Below, piece by piece: positions 36,460 through 47,812 of a stretch of 64,000 nucleotides of DNA; within the stretch, counting starts at the first letter, position 1, and each line of letters begins with the position of its first letter. The notes under the pieces are model-generated. The model made no database searches. It saw only the letters and a list, made by a program, of their open reading frames with translations, and was not told where the DNA came from. Source of the DNA: Caldisericia bacterium (lineage in GTDB: Bacteria; Caldisericota; Caldisericia; UBA6126). The position numbers were made by a program, and so were the translations under genes. The stretch lies in NCBI GenBank assembly GCA_023146045.1, contig JAGLCW010000105.1, positions 6,506 to 70,505 on the forward strand. Direction: 5' to 3'.

Positions 36460-37695
36460 CTAATACTTGTTACTTATACAAATTTCTCTTAAACCATTTA
36501 GGCTTGTAAAAAACTGTTTCATCATTAGGCCAATATAAAACATACCTGATTGCGTGGTATGATAGACTCCATTTTTTTTGTTAATCATTCCTGTGGCACT
36601 TAATGCTAGTAATTCAGAATTGATTGCAGACCCATATCTTTCTTTTAATTCTTTTTCGTTCATTTTCATTCCAAAAAGCTGAGTTAACATATAATACCTA
36701 GCTGATTCCTTTTTTGAAGCTTTTTTACTCATTACAATCGGAAATTTGCTATCAGAAAGTAAAGAAATGTAATTTTCTGGAGAAAATGTGTTAACAAAAA
36801 AAGTATCCTGGATAAAGCCAATTGAACCTGCACCAATACCAATATATTCTGGATGATTGATGATATACTCGTCAATAGTGTGTGTGCCTTTTGAAAAACA
36901 CCAACATGTAGATGGAGTAAATGAGTTTCCAACGCACGATAAAAGTTTTTTATAAAAAGAATATTCGCGGTGAGTGTCAATGGAATTGAATTTTCTCTCA
37001 ATTTTGGTTTTTTTATGTGGTGATGGCATTAGAGGGTAAAATGTAGCCTGATCTACACCAAGTTCATTTACAAAATTTACATCACTTACGATGTCTTCTA
37101 TTGTTTGAGAAGGAAAATTAAAAATGAAATCAATATTAACAGTTTTAAAATGACCAGAAGCTAGTTTTATATTGTCCTGAGCTTCCCGAGATGTGTGAGA
37201 ATGCCTTCCCATTTCTTTAAGGACTGAGTCTTTAAAGCTTTGAACACCAATTGAAAGCCTTGTCACTCCGATTGATTTCAACCTTTTTACTGATTCTTTT
37301 GTAATGTCGCTTGGATTTGCTTCTATTGAAATTTGAGTTATGGAAAATAAGCTTTTTAGAAATTCTACGAAGTCAACCAAAAGATCTAAGTTAACTGTCG
37401 GTGTTCCACCACCAAAATATACTTCATCAAATTGAAAACCTTTATTTTTATAAAGAACCAGTTCTTTTTTTAATGCTTTATAGTAACTTTTTGCAAGTTC
37501 TTCTTTGTACGGGTATCGATTGAATGAGCAGTATGGGCACAGCATTTTACAAAAAGGTATGTGCACATATAAAGAAGGATTTCTTCTTTGAGAATAAATT
37601 AAGTCTGATTCTAAAAAACCTTTGTCTAGAGAAAGGAACTTGTTCCCCTCTGATACAACAATCTTTTCAATAGTTTTTGCCATCAATCTGTTCAT
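36460..37695 (-). CDS. Radical SAM protein, HemN/HemW-like (oxygen-independent coproporphyrinogen-III oxidase family / heme chaperone)
   Basis: YVHIPFCKMLCPYCSF is the CxxxCxxC radical-SAM cluster. The YFGGGTP motif is present. 411 aa. Confidence 0.75.
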   Translation of the reverse strand: MNRLMAKTIEKIVVSEGNKFLSLDKGFLESDLIYSQRRNPSLYVHIPFCKMLCPYCSFNRYPYKEELAKSYYKALKKELVLYKNKGFQFDEVYFGGGTPTVNLDLLVDFVEFLKSLFSITQISIEANPSDITKESVKRLKSIGVTRLSIGVQSFKDSVLKEMGRHSHTSREAQDNIKLASGHFKTVNIDFIFNFPSQTIEDIVSDVNFVNELGVDQATFYPLMPSPHKKTKIERKFNSIDTHREYSFYKKLLSCVGNSFTPSTCWCFSKGTHTIDEYIINHPEYIGIGAGSIGFIQDTFFVNTFSPENYISLLSDSKFPIVMSKKASKKESARYYMLTQLFGMKMNEKELKERYGSAINSELLALSATGMINKKNGVYHTTQSGMFYIGLMMKQFFTSLNGLREICISNKY

Positions 37696-37792
37696 TTAAA
37701 AAATTCCTTTTTTTTAAAAGTATAAATATACTGTAAATAGTGTAACAAAAGCTTTAAACAAAAGTAATAGTAATATAGAAAGATGATTTATT

Positions 37793-38335
37793 GTGACTGA
37801 AATTGATAGAGAAATTATCGACCAAGCCAGAGGTGGAGATAGAATGGCTCAAGCTGAAATGTTTAAGTTTTACAAAGATTATGTGTTTCGTTCAGTTTTT
37901 TATATGCTAAAAAGTAGAGACGAAGCAGATGATGTTACAGAAAATGTGTTTGTTAAAATTTTCGGTAATCTTGAAAAATTTGACATGGGAAGAGCTTTTA
38001 ATCCGTGGCTATCAAGAATAACATTGAATGAAACTAGAACATATATTAAGAAGTACAGGAAGGCTTACACTAATCAAGACTACTCAATAGATCAAATGAG
38101 AGCTAAGCAGGGTGCATCAAGAGAAATTATACAAGATGTGAATAACTGTTTGCTCGATCTAACACTTAAAGAAAGAGAAATAATTACATTAAGATATTTT
38201 CAAGAACTAACAATAGGTGAAATATCTAGTGTAATGAATCTTTCAGTTTCAAATACAAAAGTAAGAATTCACAGAGCAACAAAAAAACTCAAACAAATCA
38301 TTCAAAGCAAGGGGGAAAGTAATGTATCAAGATAA
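37793..38335 (+). CDS. ECF-type RNA polymerase sigma-70 factor
   Basis: Region 2 (FKFYKDYVFRSVFYML...DVTENVFVKIF) and region 4 (LKEREIITLRYFQELTIGEISSVMNLSVSNTKVRIHRA) are present. Confidence 0.8.
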   Translation: MTEIDREIIDQARGGDRMAQAEMFKFYKDYVFRSVFYMLKSRDEADDVTENVFVKIFGNLEKFDMGRAFNPWLSRITLNETRTYIKKYRKAYTNQDYSIDQMRAKQGASREIIQDVNNCLLDLTLKEREIITLRYFQELTIGEISSVMNLSVSNTKVRIHRATKKLKQIIQSKGESNVSR

Positions 38336-39560
38336 AGTAATACAAGACTATCTTAAGAAAATTGATCCTGAACATGTTGTAGAAGATAATATGTTACTTT
38401 CGATAATGGATAGGATTGAAAAGTCCAGGAAAGACTACAAAAGAAAAAAACACTTGCTTCAGTTTATAACACCTTTTGCTGTAATTCTTATCATTGCAGT
38501 GACATCAATATTTCCTGTTTTTGGATCTGAAAAAGGTTCACTTGTTGATGTTTATAACTCATACAGAGTGAATAAATCAATCGATGACCTTACCAAATCA
38601 ACAGAAATGATGAAGCAAGATCAGAATGTTAGGTCTTTTATGTATTCTTCTTTACTGGAAAATGAATATGAAATTGATCCCGTAGAATTACTTGAATTGA
38701 AGTATTCACATAATATTCCTCCAAAAGAAGCTGCTGTTTTGCTTTTGATTTCAAAAAGAACAAATGTTCCGATAGAAAAAATGATAGCCATGAGAAAAAG
38801 AAGAATGGATTGGGGTTTAATTGCCAAGAGATCAAGAATTTCTTCAGAAATGGTTATTTCTTCTATTAAATCTTTGCAAAAAAAGTATATTGATACCCCA
38901 AAAGATGGTTTTGTAATAAATGGAAGGATTACTGGTATTAACAGAAGTATCAACTGTTTTTTTGTTGAACGGTTTCCATACCCAATTTTCTTTTCACCGA
39001 ACGATAAAGTCATTGAAGCTTTGAGAATAGAAACACCAGTTTCGGTTGAATTAAAATATAATTCTGAACAAGTTAAATATTTTGCAAGCGTAGTCCACGT
39101 TAGACCTTTATCGCCTAATAGGCCAATCTTTTTTATTGGGAATGTTATATCAATACACAGCGATACATTGGTGCTTGGATTAATTAACGGTAGAAGACTT
39201 GTACTAAAAACGCCTGTTCATTTTTCTAAAATGCTTAGAGGCGATGAACATATTGAAATAGGGAGCAGAATGAGAATAGTTTCTTTTGTTAATAGAGATG
39301 GTGTAAATTGTATGATAAATTACTGGATTGAACCAGATATAAATATTGAAACCATACACAGTAAGAACATTCTCTTAGATGGGGAAAAAATAACACCTGC
39401 AATACAAAATAATTTTAAAAAGCCAGACAAAGAAGAAATTTCTAAAAGAGTGATTGAAGAAAGAATAAAGATGCTTGAAAAATTACGTAATCAAAACTTT
39501 AACAAAGATAAAATACATAGTTCAATACAAAAAGATGTACAAAAAAGAAGAGTTCCTTGA
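38322..39560 (+). CDS. Putative membrane-spanning anti-sigma factor / sigma-associated protein
   Basis: Overlaps the sigma gene stop. A single TM (HLLQFITPFAVILIIAVTSIFPVF) follows an ~80-aa N-terminal segment. Large extracytoplasmic domain. Assigned by context only. Confidence 0.4.
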   Translation: MYQDKVIQDYLKKIDPEHVVEDNMLLSIMDRIEKSRKDYKRKKHLLQFITPFAVILIIAVTSIFPVFGSEKGSLVDVYNSYRVNKSIDDLTKSTEMMKQDQNVRSFMYSSLLENEYEIDPVELLELKYSHNIPPKEAAVLLLISKRTNVPIEKMIAMRKRRMDWGLIAKRSRISSEMVISSIKSLQKKYIDTPKDGFVINGRITGINRSINCFFVERFPYPIFFSPNDKVIEALRIETPVSVELKYNSEQVKYFASVVHVRPLSPNRPIFFIGNVISIHSDTLVLGLINGRRLVLKTPVHFSKMLRGDEHIEIGSRMRIVSFVNRDGVNCMINYWIEPDINIETIHSKNILLDGEKITPAIQNNFKKPDKEEISKRVIEERIKMLEKLRNQNFNKDKIHSSIQKDVQKRRVP

Positions 39561-39568
39561 TGAAGAAT

Positions 39569-41182
39569 CTATTCTCCATAAAAACGATAGACGATTGATC
39601 TGGCTAAATCTATTTTATCTTTGAGTATTTCAAGGTCCTTTACGCTCATTATTGGTAAATTTGATCTTTTAGCGTTTAGAGCAAATTCATATATAGAATT
39701 TAGGTTTTCTAGAAGTTCTTTGTAAACAAAACCATAAGAATAATTGTCTTGCTGGAAAGTATTTTTTCCTGCATCAAATTTGTATATATCAATCCATTGA
39801 ATTGCTCTTCCTGAAGCCTGCATTCTTTCAAACCCAGTGTAATTGGATGCTGTATAATGAAGAATTATATTTGGTAGTTTATCTGTATCTTGATCAAGAT
39901 TTCTGAATGTAAGATGCATATCATAAAGATCATTGATGTAGAAAAATGTATGATCAATTGTCCCATCATTTTCAGAAGGGTCCAAATTAAAAATCTTTAC
40001 GATATCTGGTTTGTCAGAAGAGCTTGCGATTGTATCTGGTGTTATATCGTCTTTTAATGACGTAGATGCAAGAATAAAAGCTCCTTTAGGTTTTGATACT
40101 TTTCCAAAGTAAACCAAGTGGTCGAAAATATGTGTTGGATCATTTTTGTCAGTTTTGCCACCAATAAAATCATTGTTTTCAAAAATATGGAAGTTGTCAT
40201 CATGATAGACCGCCATATGGTTGTTTTCAGTAAAAATATAGTCTGCAGTGACATCATTGTTTTCACTCAATGGGGTTATTGAAAATAGTTGGAAAAACGG
40301 AAAGTTATTTTTTTGTAATTGTAGGTTTTCCGTCTGTACACTAAATGGGTGTACACCTTCTGTAATAAGTTGAGAAATCGCCATATCTGATTTGTATAAA
40401 TAGTTGTTTTTGCTATAGAATAACTCGTTTGAAAAATTAGAGTATGTTAGTCCATAGTACCAGTTGTTATATATTTCACCCCCAACATTTTCTTCTATGA
40501 ATCTAATTGGGCTTCCACTTTTCCAATAGAATAGCGATTCAAAATTCTTTTTTTCAATAAAGTTGTATGAATCTGGGAAGTATAAATCTGATAATTCTGT
40601 TTTTACCTTACCAAATACTCCATTGTCTTCTAAGTTGTATTGATTGATTTCGTTGAAGTATTCACAAGGATTTACATTTGGTAAAGCTGAGCCTGTATTT
40701 GTATCAATTGTTATGCATTTTTTTCTTAGAGGGGAGATGATAAGCTTGTGTCCATTATCTACAAAATAAAGATTATCTTTTTTGTCTCTTCTCGGAATAT
40801 ACATCGTTAGTTGAGATATTTTGGTTTCTTTGTCTGTATCTAGATTTTTTTTGAAAATATTGATTGTTCTTATTGATTTTTTACTGTCTTTACCAATTCT
40901 TTGAAAAGTTCTAACAAAGAACAGTGTTTTAGTTGAACTTACATAATAAGGATAGTCGTCGTTTCCATTTGTTAAAGAGGAAATATTGCCAGTGCTAGTT
41001 GATAACATTCTAATGCCATAACCATTCGGATCAGAAAAAAAAATTGACCGTTCAATTTCTTCAAAAATTTTTGTTTGGACTTTTTTACAATTTTGTGGAA
41101 TAAAAAGAAACAAGGTAACAAAAAAGATAAAAAATGCTTTAAAAACTACATTTTTGTTGGTTTTATGTAACTTAATTTTCAT
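39569..41182 (-). CDS. Hypothetical secreted protein
   Basis: Start moved to the minus-strand ATG at 41182 (MKIKLHKTNKNVVFKAFFIFFVTLFLFIPQNC signal peptide). The track start at 41224 would run into the divergent gene. Confidence 0.4.
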   Translation of the reverse strand: MKIKLHKTNKNVVFKAFFIFFVTLFLFIPQNCKKVQTKIFEEIERSIFFSDPNGYGIRMLSTSTGNISSLTNGNDDYPYYVSSTKTLFFVRTFQRIGKDSKKSIRTINIFKKNLDTDKETKISQLTMYIPRRDKKDNLYFVDNGHKLIISPLRKKCITIDTNTGSALPNVNPCEYFNEINQYNLEDNGVFGKVKTELSDLYFPDSYNFIEKKNFESLFYWKSGSPIRFIEENVGGEIYNNWYYGLTYSNFSNELFYSKNNYLYKSDMAISQLITEGVHPFSVQTENLQLQKNNFPFFQLFSITPLSENNDVTADYIFTENNHMAVYHDDNFHIFENNDFIGGKTDKNDPTHIFDHLVYFGKVSKPKGAFILASTSLKDDITPDTIASSSDKPDIVKIFNLDPSENDGTIDHTFFYINDLYDMHLTFRNLDQDTDKLPNIILHYTASNYTGFERMQASGRAIQWIDIYKFDAGKNTFQQDNYSYGFVYKELLENLNSIYEFALNAKRSNLPIMSVKDLEILKDKIDLARSIVYRFYGE

Positions 41183-41215
41183 AAGTTTATTATAATGATA
41201 AAAGAGGTAAAAAAA

Positions 41216-42856
41216 ATGAAACACAATATTTTGATCTGGTTTTTAGTGTTGATATTTGTTGCTTCTATTAGTGTTGGTGGACTTTCTGCTCATCCTGAAT
41301 TTGAATCTAATACTTATCAAGAAGCGAACTATCCTGAGTTTGTTGAAAAAGATAAAACAGTTGCACTGGAAATTTTTACAGCTACATGGTGTGGTTGGTG
41401 TCATAAGGCTTACGAGTTATATGATCACTTGGAAAGTAAATTTGGTAAGTTATCTGTATCAAATATTAGATATCATTGCCAAGATAAAATTTCTATAGAA
41501 ACAATAAAAGACAGAACAAATTTTTATGGGATCAGTGGATTTCCAACAATTATTTCAAATGGAACGTACAAACAAACTGGTGTTAATGATGACATATATG
41601 ACAAATTTGAAAAACTAGTTAAAGATGAGTTAAATACTCCTTCTGAATTAGCAATACATACGAATGTTTATTTAGATAACAATAAAATCAATCTAGATGT
41701 TTTTTTGCAAGCTCAAAAAAAGCAACTTGAAGGAGAATTTTTAACATTAACAATGGTTAGTGGTCTTCAAGAACAAAATTCGTCATATGATTATGTTGCA
41801 GAGACTGTTTTTCCGTCTTTTGACGGTTTGCACCTTGTGCTGAATCCTGGAGAAATATTGCATCTAGCATTTACCATGCCAATGGATCAATCTATGGGTG
41901 CTGAACATTACAGTACCCTGTGTATGTTTCAAAACATGAAAACAAAAGAAGTTTACAATTCTCAGTACACATCCTTATACTCTCTTGTTCCAATTTCTTT
42001 CGATATTGAGTCATTTCAAAATGAAGTAAGCAGAGACCATGCATTCAAAATTCAATTCACAGATGGATTAATTGTAAATACAATAAAAACGAATCAATTC
42101 TATTTCCAAGACTCAGTTGGAAAAATTACCAATTGTCGATGGGAATACAATTCGTCATATAAAGAGCTTGTTATCTCTCCAGAATCACTACTTGAGCCAA
42201 ACATGGGGTACGTTCTTTGTATTTCTGGTGGAGATAGTTCTTTCGTATCAACAAAAAGGCAAACACTTTTTCGTGACATAAAGATCCCATTCGTTACTTC
42301 TGAAAAGCCTGATTTAAACTTACAGTATTCTGAATCTAGAATTAATTTTGGAGATGTAATGATCATTGATTCGCCGTTTTCTGTAATTAATATCAAAGAA
42401 GCTAACGGAAATAATGTTAAATTGGAAATTGAGTCTGGTGCTAGATGGATTGAATGTTCACCAGAAAAGGTAACAGCTAGTGAATCAGAAATTTCTATAT
42501 CCATAAATCCTCTTTTTATGGTTGTGGGGAAAAACACTGGATTTGTAAAAATTTCTTCCATAGCTGGTGAGTACATTATTCATGTGGAAGCTAATAGACT
42601 CAGTAACAAATATCCAAGTATAAGAATAGATCCATATTCGTTAATAACATTTGAAAAAAATGTTTCATTTTCAGGTAGGACAGATGGGTATAAAGTTCAT
42701 GTATCTGGAAAAGAAATTGAAGTAGACCTTGATGGGAAATTTAGTTTTGACAAAGAACTTCATCCGGGAACAAATTATGTAACTGTTGAATCAAAAAATA
42801 TGCGCGGAAAAGTGTCAGTATACCCAGTAGTTATTGTTTATATAGAAGTTAACTAG
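41216..42856 (+). CDS. Secreted thioredoxin-fold (CxxC) protein with large C-terminal beta-rich extension
   Basis: Start at the ATG at 41216 (AAGAGGT RBS; TATAAT at 41191-41196). Signal peptide present. Thioredoxin pattern FTATWCGWCHKAYE...GFPTII. Confidence 0.5.
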   Translation: MKHNILIWFLVLIFVASISVGGLSAHPEFESNTYQEANYPEFVEKDKTVALEIFTATWCGWCHKAYELYDHLESKFGKLSVSNIRYHCQDKISIETIKDRTNFYGISGFPTIISNGTYKQTGVNDDIYDKFEKLVKDELNTPSELAIHTNVYLDNNKINLDVFLQAQKKQLEGEFLTLTMVSGLQEQNSSYDYVAETVFPSFDGLHLVLNPGEILHLAFTMPMDQSMGAEHYSTLCMFQNMKTKEVYNSQYTSLYSLVPISFDIESFQNEVSRDHAFKIQFTDGLIVNTIKTNQFYFQDSVGKITNCRWEYNSSYKELVISPESLLEPNMGYVLCISGGDSSFVSTKRQTLFRDIKIPFVTSEKPDLNLQYSESRINFGDVMIIDSPFSVINIKEANGNNVKLEIESGARWIECSPEKVTASESEISISINPLFMVVGKNTGFVKISSIAGEYIIHVEANRLSNKYPSIRIDPYSLITFEKNVSFSGRTDGYKVHVSGKEIEVDLDGKFSFDKELHPGTNYVTVESKNMRGKVSVYPVVIVYIEVN

Positions 42857-42869
42857 ACTAGCATTAGAA

Positions 42870-44027
42870 CTAATCTTCTTCTATTCTTCTAGGGATATAA
42901 CAAGACAAATTGCACAATATTTCGTATGGAATTGTGTTTGCCCACGAAGCAACATCTAGAGTAGTTATTTCTTCATTGTCCTGTTTACCAATTATAGTTA
43001 CTGTTTCACCTATCAATGGACAAACAATATGAGATATATCTATCATGAATTGATTCATGCAGACGTTGCCGATTATTTGGCATTTTAAACCATGGTAAAG
43101 TACAAAGCCTTTATTTGACAACGATAAAGGAATACCATCTGCATAACCAATTGGAACAATACCAACCAATGTGGGTTTTTCTGTTTTATATGTTCTATTG
43201 TAGCTTATAAAAGATTCTTTTGGTAATTTTTTGATTACACTAATGTATGAGTGTAAACTTAAAACTGGACTCCATTCTGTTTGGGTTTCTGGAAATGGTG
43301 ATAGTCCATAAAAAAGAATGCCAGGTCTTACACTTGTGAAATTATATTCAGGAAATCTAATTAATGCAGCACTGTTGCATGCGTGTATACTGCACTGATT
43401 TTTATATTCTGAATTGATAGCTAACAATGTATTATTAAATAGCTCAGTTTGAAGCTTTGTGTACTCTGGGTTTTCATTTCCTGCATCTGAGTAGTGAGTG
43501 CAGAAACCTTCAATTTTTACATGCTGTGCATTTTCATTTATATCGTTTATGAGCGTGTGAATTTCATTCGGTAAGAATCCAATTCTTCCCATGCCAGTAT
43601 CAATTTTTAAATGTATAGGAATTTTAGTGCCACCGTCAGCATCGATGAAAGCGTTGATTTCACTTCGACTTCCAACAACTGGAATTAGTCTATACTTTTT
43701 TAAATATTGTATTTGGTGCTTTAAAAGAGGTCCAAAAATTAATATTTGTTTTGAGATTCCGTTATTTCTAAGCTCTATTCCTTCTTCAAGTGTAAACACA
43801 CCAAAAGATTCAACGCCTAATTTTTGTAAGTGAAGAGATATTGGCACCATGCCGTGTCCATAAGCATTAGATTTAACCATAGCAGTTATGGATGTATTCT
43901 TTGATATTAAATTTTTGATGTGGTGGTAGTTTAAAGATAAATTGTTTAGATTTATTAAGATGTAATTCGAAGGATATTTTCCACCGTCAAGAAAGCTTGT
44001 TTCATTATGGTTAATATTTTTTGTCAT
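42870..44027 (-). CDS. alr: Alanine racemase
   Basis: AMVKSNAYGHG is the PLP-binding Lys motif. 385 aa with Alr-type TIM-barrel and C-terminal beta domain. Confidence 0.85.
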   Translation of the reverse strand: MTKNINHNETSFLDGGKYPSNYILINLNNLSLNYHHIKNLISKNTSITAMVKSNAYGHGMVPISLHLQKLGVESFGVFTLEEGIELRNNGISKQILIFGPLLKHQIQYLKKYRLIPVVGSRSEINAFIDADGGTKIPIHLKIDTGMGRIGFLPNEIHTLINDINENAQHVKIEGFCTHYSDAGNENPEYTKLQTELFNNTLLAINSEYKNQCSIHACNSAALIRFPEYNFTSVRPGILFYGLSPFPETQTEWSPVLSLHSYISVIKKLPKESFISYNRTYKTEKPTLVGIVPIGYADGIPLSLSNKGFVLYHGLKCQIIGNVCMNQFMIDISHIVCPLIGETVTIIGKQDNEEITTLDVASWANTIPYEILCNLSCYIPRRIEED

Positions 44028-44054
44028 AGGTCAAAGGTAAATTGAAAAAACCAA

Positions 44055-45791
44055 TTGTCAAGAATGAATGCATTTTTAGTAATCATTAAGCTTGACTTTA
44101 TTCCTTTCAAAAAATATATTTTCCACATGTTATTTAATAAAGCAAAAAAAATAGTAGTTTTTTTTACTACCATGATCTTCATTGTGATCTGCTTTAACGC
44201 TTCTATATTTCAGGTTTCAGCTAACACCATATCTTGTATTGATATTCAAGAACCTCAGTCTGGAGTGGTTGTATCTGGGTTTATACCAGTATTAACTAAT
44301 TGCAGCAAAAAGAACGTTTCATTGGTTTTAAGAGTTATCGAAACATCAGGAAATGCTTATAACCACAAACTATATTTTGACGACGGAGCATATAGGGTTA
44401 ATCTAGACACAAGAACTCTAGACAATGGTACGTATTTTTTATATGTCATAGATAGTAAAAAACAAAAATCAGCTGTAGACTCTCCTATCATTTCTATAGT
44501 TGTTGACAATACACAAACCTCATTACAAGCTATTGTGTCGTCAAAACTTGTAAGAAGTGGAACTACTCTAGATATTTCACTACGTTCTGTTGGGACACTT
44601 CAAAATGTACAAGCCTCAATTGATGAAAGTACAACCATAAACATGTATTTTGATGAAAAAGACTTGATATGGACTACAAAATATTTTGTTCCCTATACAA
44701 TGACTGAAGGAACTCATATAGTAAAAATTAACAGTAAAGACCAAAGAGGTAATACAATACAATGCGATACTGTTTTTATGGTATGCAATTCTGAACCATT
44801 CTTTACTTCACCAACAAACGATATGTTTGTTCTTTCAGAAGAAATTGTACTAAAAGGAATTTTTGCTCCTGGAAATGAAGTATATCTTTATCAGGAAAAA
44901 CAGAACAATAGGCATTTTATAAGCAAAGTTAAAGCAGACATAAGCGGTGTATGGATATCAGAACCAGTTATTTTAGAAAATGGAGTCAATAGGTTTCTAG
45001 CTTTTGCAAACTCTGACCCTGAAGCTATCTCAGTGTTTTCATCTCAAAAAACTACATTAAAGCATTATAAAAACGGCTTAGTTGTTTTGAACTATCACGA
45101 TATCTGTGAAAACGGAAATATATTTTCAAGAGACCCTAAACAATTTGAAGCAGATATGATTTACCTTAAAGAAAACGGATTTAGTTTTGTTTCTCCAACT
45201 CTTTATTTTAGTCATATAAATGGAAAAGCAGATCTTCCAAAAAAGCCTGTTTTGATAACTTTTGATGATGGACTAGCTGGGGCATACAAATTTGCTTATT
45301 CTATCATGAAAAAACTAAACATTGAGGGTTTTTTCTTTTTGCTCGTTAGTAGGGTTGGAACTACAAGCAACTATGTTACATGGGAACAGTGTCGTGAAAT
45401 GCAGTCATCAAGAGTTTTTTGTATGGAATCTCACACTTTAAATTCACACTATTTTGTAGATAACAGAGAAGGACGCCATGCTGCTCTTATTAGCAGACTA
45501 CCATTGCCAGATGGAACTGTTGAAACACCTGAACAGTATTTAAAGAGAGTATCAGAAGATCTTTTAATATCGAAACAAATTATCGAGGAAGAAACTCAAA
45601 AAAAAGTGAATTTTTTAGCCATACCGTTTGGTTATGGCAATAATGATTTGAATAAAATAGTACGTAACCAGGGCTACAAAGGAACTTTTAACTCTGGAGG
45701 TGGTGTAAATGTCTTGCCATTAAAAGATGGTTGGAGCGTAAAGAGGATAACAATAAAAAAGAATGATGATCTTTCAGAGATTTTGTTTTAG
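44055..45791 (+). CDS. Secreted polysaccharide deacetylase (NodB-type) with N-terminal Ig-like/beta-sandwich domains
   Basis: The C-terminal part carries NodB motifs (VLITFDDGLAGAY..., LLVSRVG..., HT.NSH). The start is uncertain (TTG 44055, ATG 44064 or ATG 44127 before the hydrophobic signal segment). Confidence 0.6.
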   Translation: MSRMNAFLVIIKLDFIPFKKYIFHMLFNKAKKIVVFFTTMIFIVICFNASIFQVSANTISCIDIQEPQSGVVVSGFIPVLTNCSKKNVSLVLRVIETSGNAYNHKLYFDDGAYRVNLDTRTLDNGTYFLYVIDSKKQKSAVDSPIISIVVDNTQTSLQAIVSSKLVRSGTTLDISLRSVGTLQNVQASIDESTTINMYFDEKDLIWTTKYFVPYTMTEGTHIVKINSKDQRGNTIQCDTVFMVCNSEPFFTSPTNDMFVLSEEIVLKGIFAPGNEVYLYQEKQNNRHFISKVKADISGVWISEPVILENGVNRFLAFANSDPEAISVFSSQKTTLKHYKNGLVVLNYHDICENGNIFSRDPKQFEADMIYLKENGFSFVSPTLYFSHINGKADLPKKPVLITFDDGLAGAYKFAYSIMKKLNIEGFFFLLVSRVGTTSNYVTWEQCREMQSSRVFCMESHTLNSHYFVDNREGRHAALISRLPLPDGTVETPEQYLKRVSEDLLISKQIIEEETQKKVNFLAIPFGYGNNDLNKIVRNQGYKGTFNSGGGVNVLPLKDGWSVKRITIKKNDDLSEILF

Positions 45792-45800
45792 GAGGATGTT

Positions 45801-46952
45801 ATGAAACTATTGGAATATCAAGCAAAAGAAGTGTTTAGAAGTGCTGGAATATTAACTCCGAAGGAAATTATGGTAATGTCTCTAGATGACGCAGTTAAAG
45901 CTGCAGAAGATGTTGTAGGCTATCCATGCGTTGTAAAAGCTCAAGTTCCTGTTGGTGGTAGAGGAAAAGCTGGTGGAGTAAGGCTTGCTAAAAGCAAAGA
46001 AGAAGTAGCAAATATAACATCCAAAATTTTAGGAATGGATATTAAGGGCTGCACAGTAGAGAAAGTACTAATTTCTGAAGCAGTAACAGTTTCAAAAGAA
46101 TACTATCTAAGTGTTGTTTTGCATAGAGGATCAAAAAAACCAATGGTAATTATCTCTCCATCTGGTGGAGTAGATATTGAAGAAATAAGTAAAACTCACC
46201 CAGAAATGATTTTTAAAGAAGAGTTTGATATGATTCTTGGATTTAAAGACTATAGCCTTAGAAATCTCTACAAAAAAGTCTTTTCAGGACAAGGCGAAAA
46301 AGTTTCTTTTTCAGTATTCAAATCTTTTTTAGAAAAACTAATTGATATTTATTTTAAAAAGGATGCAACCCTCGTAGAGATCAATCCACTTATAATACAT
46401 AATGGTCAATGCATGGCTCTAGATGCGAAAATATTGCTTGATGACAACGGGCTTGTTTTCCATCCAGAATTTTCAAAGTATGTTAATGATAATTCAGATG
46501 AAACAGAACAAGAAAAAATGGCAAGAGAAGCTAGCTTAACGTATATTTCTCTCGAAGGGGATATTGCATGTATGGTAAATGGAGCTGGTCTTGCTATGGC
46601 AACTATGGATACAATAACCCATTTTGGAGGATCTGCAGCAAATTTCTTAGATATTGGTGGGAGCTCCAATCCAGAAAAAGTTGTGAATGCATTAAAAATT
46701 ATTGCCTCAAATAAAAAAGTAAAATCAATATTGATTAATATTTTTGGTGGCATTACAAGGTGTGATGATATCGCCAATGGTTTTAAGGAAGGTATTGAAA
46801 AAGTAAAGATAGATTTGCCAATATCATGTAGAATTGTTGGTACAAATGACCAGGAAGCAAAAAGAATAATGAACAGTATTGGTATAAATGTATCAGTAAA
46901 CATGGACGAAGCAATTCAGAATGCTGTTAAACTTTCTAAGGATGGTAAATAG
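45801..46952 (+). CDS. sucC: Succinate--CoA ligase beta subunit
   Basis: [12 protein letters not shown]..., ATP-grasp fold, ...GGRGKAGGV..., and a C-terminal CoA-ligase domain. 383 aa. Confidence 0.9.
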   Translation: MKLLEYQAKEVFRSAGILTPKEIMVMSLDDAVKAAEDVVGYPCVVKAQVPVGGRGKAGGVRLAKSKEEVANITSKILGMDIKGCTVEKVLISEAVTVSKEYYLSVVLHRGSKKPMVIISPSGGVDIEEISKTHPEMIFKEEFDMILGFKDYSLRNLYKKVFSGQGEKVSFSVFKSFLEKLIDIYFKKDATLVEINPLIIHNGQCMALDAKILLDDNGLVFHPEFSKYVNDNSDETEQEKMAREASLTYISLEGDIACMVNGAGLAMATMDTITHFGGSAANFLDIGGSSNPEKVVNALKIIASNKKVKSILINIFGGITRCDDIANGFKEGIEKVKIDLPISCRIVGTNDQEAKRIMNSIGINVSVNMDEAIQNAVKLSKDGK

Positions 46953-47812
46953 TGAGTATTCTCGTAGATGAAAAATCAAAAATAGTAGTCCAGGGAATAA
47001 CTGGAAGAGACGGATTATTCCATACTGAAAAAATGGTTCAATACGGGACAAACGTTGTAGCAGGGGTTACTCCGGGAAAAGGTGGACAGCTTGCATATAA
47101 TGTTCCCGTATTCAATTCTGTGGAAGAATCAGTAAAAGCTACTGGAGCTGATACTTCAATAATATATGTTCCTGAAAAATTTGCTGCAGATGCTATTGTT
47201 GAAGCTGCAGATGCTGGAGTGAAACTAATTGTCTGTATCACAGAAGGTATTCCAATCAACCAAATGGTCACCGTACAGGCTTACTTAAAAACAAAACCAG
47301 ACATAAGATTAATTGGACCAAACTGTCCTGGATTAATATCTCCAGGAAAATGTAAAGTCGGAATTTTGCCTGGAGATATTTTTGCTAAAGGTAATGTTGG
47401 AGTTGTTTCTCGCAGTGGTACACTTACATATGAGGTTGTTTACAGTATTACTTCATCAGGTTTAGGTGAATCGACATGTGTTGGCATTGGAGGAGATCCA
47501 ATTATTGGAACAAACTTTATTGATACATTAAAGCTTTTCAACGAAGATCCACAAACTCAATCAATTGTGCTTATCGGTGAAATTGGCGGAGATGCTGAAG
47601 AAAAAGCAGCAGAATACATTAAAAAGAACATTAAGAAGAGAGTTGTAGGGTTTATTGCTGGAGTTACGGCACCACCAGAAAAAAGAATGGGTCATGCTGG
47701 AGCAATAATATCTCAAGGAAAAGGGACTGCGGCAAGTAAGGTAGAAGCGCTAGAAGAAGTGGGTGTAAGAGTAGCAAAAATTCCTTCACAAATACCGGAG
47801 TTATTAAAGTGA
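46952..47812 (+). CDS. sucD: Succinate--CoA ligase alpha subunit
   Basis: GTG start overlapping the sucC stop. [21 protein letters not shown]... An active-site His region (MGHAGAII) is present. Confidence 0.9.
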   Translation: MSILVDEKSKIVVQGITGRDGLFHTEKMVQYGTNVVAGVTPGKGGQLAYNVPVFNSVEESVKATGADTSIIYVPEKFAADAIVEAADAGVKLIVCITEGIPINQMVTVQAYLKTKPDIRLIGPNCPGLISPGKCKVGILPGDIFAKGNVGVVSRSGTLTYEVVYSITSSGLGESTCVGIGGDPIIGTNFIDTLKLFNEDPQTQSIVLIGEIGGDAEEKAAEYIKKNIKKRVVGFIAGVTAPPEKRMGHAGAIISQGKGTAASKVEALEEVGVRVAKIPSQIPELLK

